IMG/VR virus record: IMGVR_UViG_3300045988_012637 | Span: 1 to 36,330 of that record | DNA length: 36,330 nucleotides | DNA from: a virus | Strand: one strand, 5' to 3' | Shown here: one piece after another, positions 34,379 through 36,330 of the stretch | Layout: each line of letters begins with the position of its first letter | How positions within the stretch are numbered: the stretch's first letter is position 1 | Program-made: the position numbers and the translations under genes | The notes under the pieces: model-generated | The model's input: the letters and a program-made list of their open reading frames with translations, nothing else | Databases searched by the model: none | What the model was told of the DNA's origin: nothing

Positions 34379-35051
34379 AATAAAGTTTTATGGCGTGGAG
34401 CGGTTGATACTCCAAGCGCCGACCGGATGGAGAGGGAAGATTAAAAACGTATTCCGCCGCTTATGGTGGAAAATTTGTGGGTATTACAACCGCAAACAAT
34501 TGGAATATATTTGTAACTTGCATCCGAATTACAAGGGCGGCCTAACTTCTGACCAAGCAGCGACACTTAACGCGGTGGCAGGGTACGCTAAGGCCGACCC
34601 TTTTATTGTAAAAAATGGCAAGCTCGTGTACCGTATCCCTCGTATCGAGGACGTGACGCTATGGCAGGTTATAGAGGCGAGAAGGAGTGAGACGGCAACG
34701 GAGAAGGTCACGAAGTGGTGTACGCTTAGCGAGTACCAACCCGCGGAGTATGCGCCGGATAACATCTACCATTTGCTATGCGCTACTAAGTACATTAAGG
34801 AGCAGATAGAGACGGCGGACGGACTGGAGAAGCGGTTGTTCCCTTTCGACGCGGGAAGCACGCCGGAAGACGATCCGATCAAGGAGGCGAAGAACGTGCT
34901 GACACTCGTACAGGCTACGGCGGAATTGTTCGCTTGTTCGTTCGAGGACGCGAAGCGGATCAATTATCTAGACGCAATGTTGGCATTGTCAAAGCGTCAC
35001 GAGGAGAACGAGAAACAGAAGGCAGAGATGAAGAAACATTATAAATCATAA
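34371..35051 (+). CDS. hypothetical protein (226 aa from ATG 34371; the ORF track starts at TTG 34365)
   Basis: Long ORF in the virion module. The first ATG is at 34371. Confidence 0.5.
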   Translation: MSKIKFYGVERLILQAPTGWRGKIKNVFRRLWWKICGYYNRKQLEYICNLHPNYKGGLTSDQAATLNAVAGYAKADPFIVKNGKLVYRIPRIEDVTLWQVIEARRSETATEKVTKWCTLSEYQPAEYAPDNIYHLLCATKYIKEQIETADGLEKRLFPFDAGSTPEDDPIKEAKNVLTLVQATAELFACSFEDAKRINYLDAMLALSKRHEENEKQKAEMKKHYKS

Positions 35052-35055
35052 CGTT

Positions 35056-36330
35056 ATGGGTTTAAAAAAGTATGAGATTATTACAGTAGGGAGCGACAGG
35101 AGAGTACGCGCCCTTCGTTCGTGGCAGGTGGGAGACCGTTACGTCAATATTGGCGACGTGGGCGGTATCGTGTACGACGAGAAGACATTATCGCAGGACG
35201 GCGCTTGCTGGCTGTTTAGGGGCAACTTTGGCTTTCCTGGTGCACGCATCGGCGGGGATTCGATCGTGGACGTAGCCGAGGCTGCACTAAGCGCCACAGG
35301 TGCGCCTAACGTAGACATTCTAGGGTCTAGTGTTGTGGTGGGTAGTAAATTACAATTTGAATCGGAACAGACAGAGGCGAACGCGGTGGTACTGACGGCG
35401 GCGGACTTCGAGCAGGGCACATTTGCTAGCTATGTTAAAGGTCAGAAGCTAAGAACGGTTGACTCCGCAAATTATATCAGAACTAAAAACCCTATATTTT
35501 TGGGGGGTAAGTCGTTGATTGTTAAATGTGGAATTCCGGGATTTATAATTACGGGGATTGTAACGGACGTGGACGGGCATATCTCCGACGATGAACGAAC
35601 CGTTCAAAGCAAAGACGGCGGTGCTTTAGCATTACCCGCCGGGCAGTACTTTAGTATTGTCATTACGAAAAACCCGGCAGCGGCAACAGTCCCGGCAGAC
35701 GCGACAGCCGCTCAAATCACGTTTACAGGCACTTTCGAAACTAAGCTTTCAATCATCGATTCACGTGTGGAGATCAACCCGGCGATTAGCACAGGCACAC
35801 TGACTATAAGACCGGGCGGGGTTCATACAATGGCACCCGGCAAGAAGTATCCCGAGTGTGTTATACGAAATTCTAAGGTGTCTATGATGGCGCATGCTAC
35901 GGCTAATAGGACCTTTAGAATTATGGGACAAATTATCGGATCGACTGCAACGCTAGACGGCACAACGGAAGGCATTACAACGGCCGGGTTGTATAGCAAT
36001 GTCAAGAACTTAATGATTTCGGGCATATTATCCACCGCCTTGAATGAAAAAGCGTATAGTAATATACAGGCTACCGACTGCGATAACTTCGCTGTATCAC
36101 CTACAATCTTTACAGGACGGGTAGCAGCCTTAACGGCTAACATGCCTTTCATCTTTCAAGGTTGTAACGTCCCTAATGGTATATTCTACCATCACGCGCA
36201 GATAGCCAACACTTACAAGAATATTGATTTTGTGCTGGCTCAATCTGATTTGGGTAGATCTATCGCATCCGGTGAAATACTTGCTAGTTCAGAAGTTGAA
36301 GGGATGTACCGTTTGTATTCTACAACCGGG
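35056..36330 (+). CDS. N-terminal part of the wrap-around ~800-aa fibre/beta-solenoid protein (no stop before the contig end)
   Basis: ATG at 35056, 4 nt after the previous stop. Hand translation of all 425 codons to base 36330 shows no stop. The phase matches 56..1180 across the junction. The ORF is absent from the ORF track because it lacks a stop. Confidence 0.65.
   Translation, partial: MGLKKYEIITVGSDRRVRALRSWQVGDRYVNIGDVGGIVYDEKTLSQDGACWLFRGNFGFPGARIGGDSIVDVAEAALSATGAPNVDILGSSVVVGSKLQFESEQTEANAVVLTAADFEQGTFASYVKGQKLRTVDSANYIRTKNPIFLGGKSLIVKCGIPGFIITGIVTDVDGHISDDERTVQSKDGGALALPAGQYFSIVITKNPAAATVPADATAAQITFTGTFETKLSIIDSRVEINPAISTGTLTIRPGGVHTMAPGKKYPECVIRNSKVSMMAHATANRTFRIMGQIIGSTATLDGTTEGITTAGLYSNVKNLMISGILSTALNEKAYSNIQATDCDNFAVSPTIFTGRVAALTANMPFIFQGCNVPNGIFYHHAQIANTYKNIDFVLAQSDLGRSIASGEILASSEVEGMYRLYSTTG
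36276..36330. repeat. 55-bp terminal direct repeat, identical to 1..55
   Basis: Exact identity with the first 55 bases. Confidence 0.95.

Noticed and set aside
36142-36158. Diversity-generating retroelement (template/variable repeat pair) suggested by the 17-nt match between 15766 and the fibre gene
   Set aside because: There is no reverse transcriptase ORF in the genome. The match is only 17 nt and shows no adenine-specific mismatches.
1-36330. tRNA genes, an integrase/repressor lysogeny module, and stop-codon reassignment
   Set aside because: No T-loop or acceptor-like structure was seen in any intergenic gap. No ORF shows tyrosine or serine recombinase motifs. All recognisable genes are intact under the standard code, so there is no sign of TAG or TGA recoding.

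Overview
The window is a complete, circularly closed dsDNA phage genome. Bases 1-55 are identical to 36276-36330, so the unique length is 36,275 bp. Every credible gene is on the + strand, and many junctions are ATGA or TAATG start/stop overlaps. I found no integrase, repressor, tRNA, rRNA, CRISPR array or reverse transcriptase, so it looks like a virulent phage. The host is probably a Bacteroidota bacterium. This rests on the exact octamer TATCTTTG (the Bacteroides -7 promoter consensus TAnnTTTG), often with a -33 TTTG, in front of operons, and on a tail protein with BACON-like repeats. Modules run as follows. (1) 32349 across the junction to 15766: terminase small and large subunits, a ~800-aa beta-solenoid fibre that crosses the contig ends, tail and baseplate proteins, a tape-measure-like protein, protease/scaffold, major capsid, three tandem paralogous ~177-aa structural proteins, a putative portal, then holin, M15 endolysin and a spanin-like protein. 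(2) 16471-23954: replication genes, namely an HTH protein, a DUF2800/Cas4-like nuclease, a DUF2815-type SSB, a family A DNA polymerase and an AEP primase fused to a VirE/D5-type NTPase. (3) 24150-31745: small accessory genes plus a VRR-NUC nuclease, an SNF2 helicase, and orphan Dam-type and Dcm-type methyltransferases. The most unusual signal is non-coding. Two ORF-free loci (15767-16470 and 31746-32348) carry collinear paralogous elements: a near-identical strong promoter, conserved leader blocks, a ~110-nt almost pure A/T core of conserved length, and a conserved 3' box. Around them sit promoter-like 17-nt boxes in both orientations and a family of related hairpins at module boundaries. All protein calls come from motif recognition by eye; no database search was possible.
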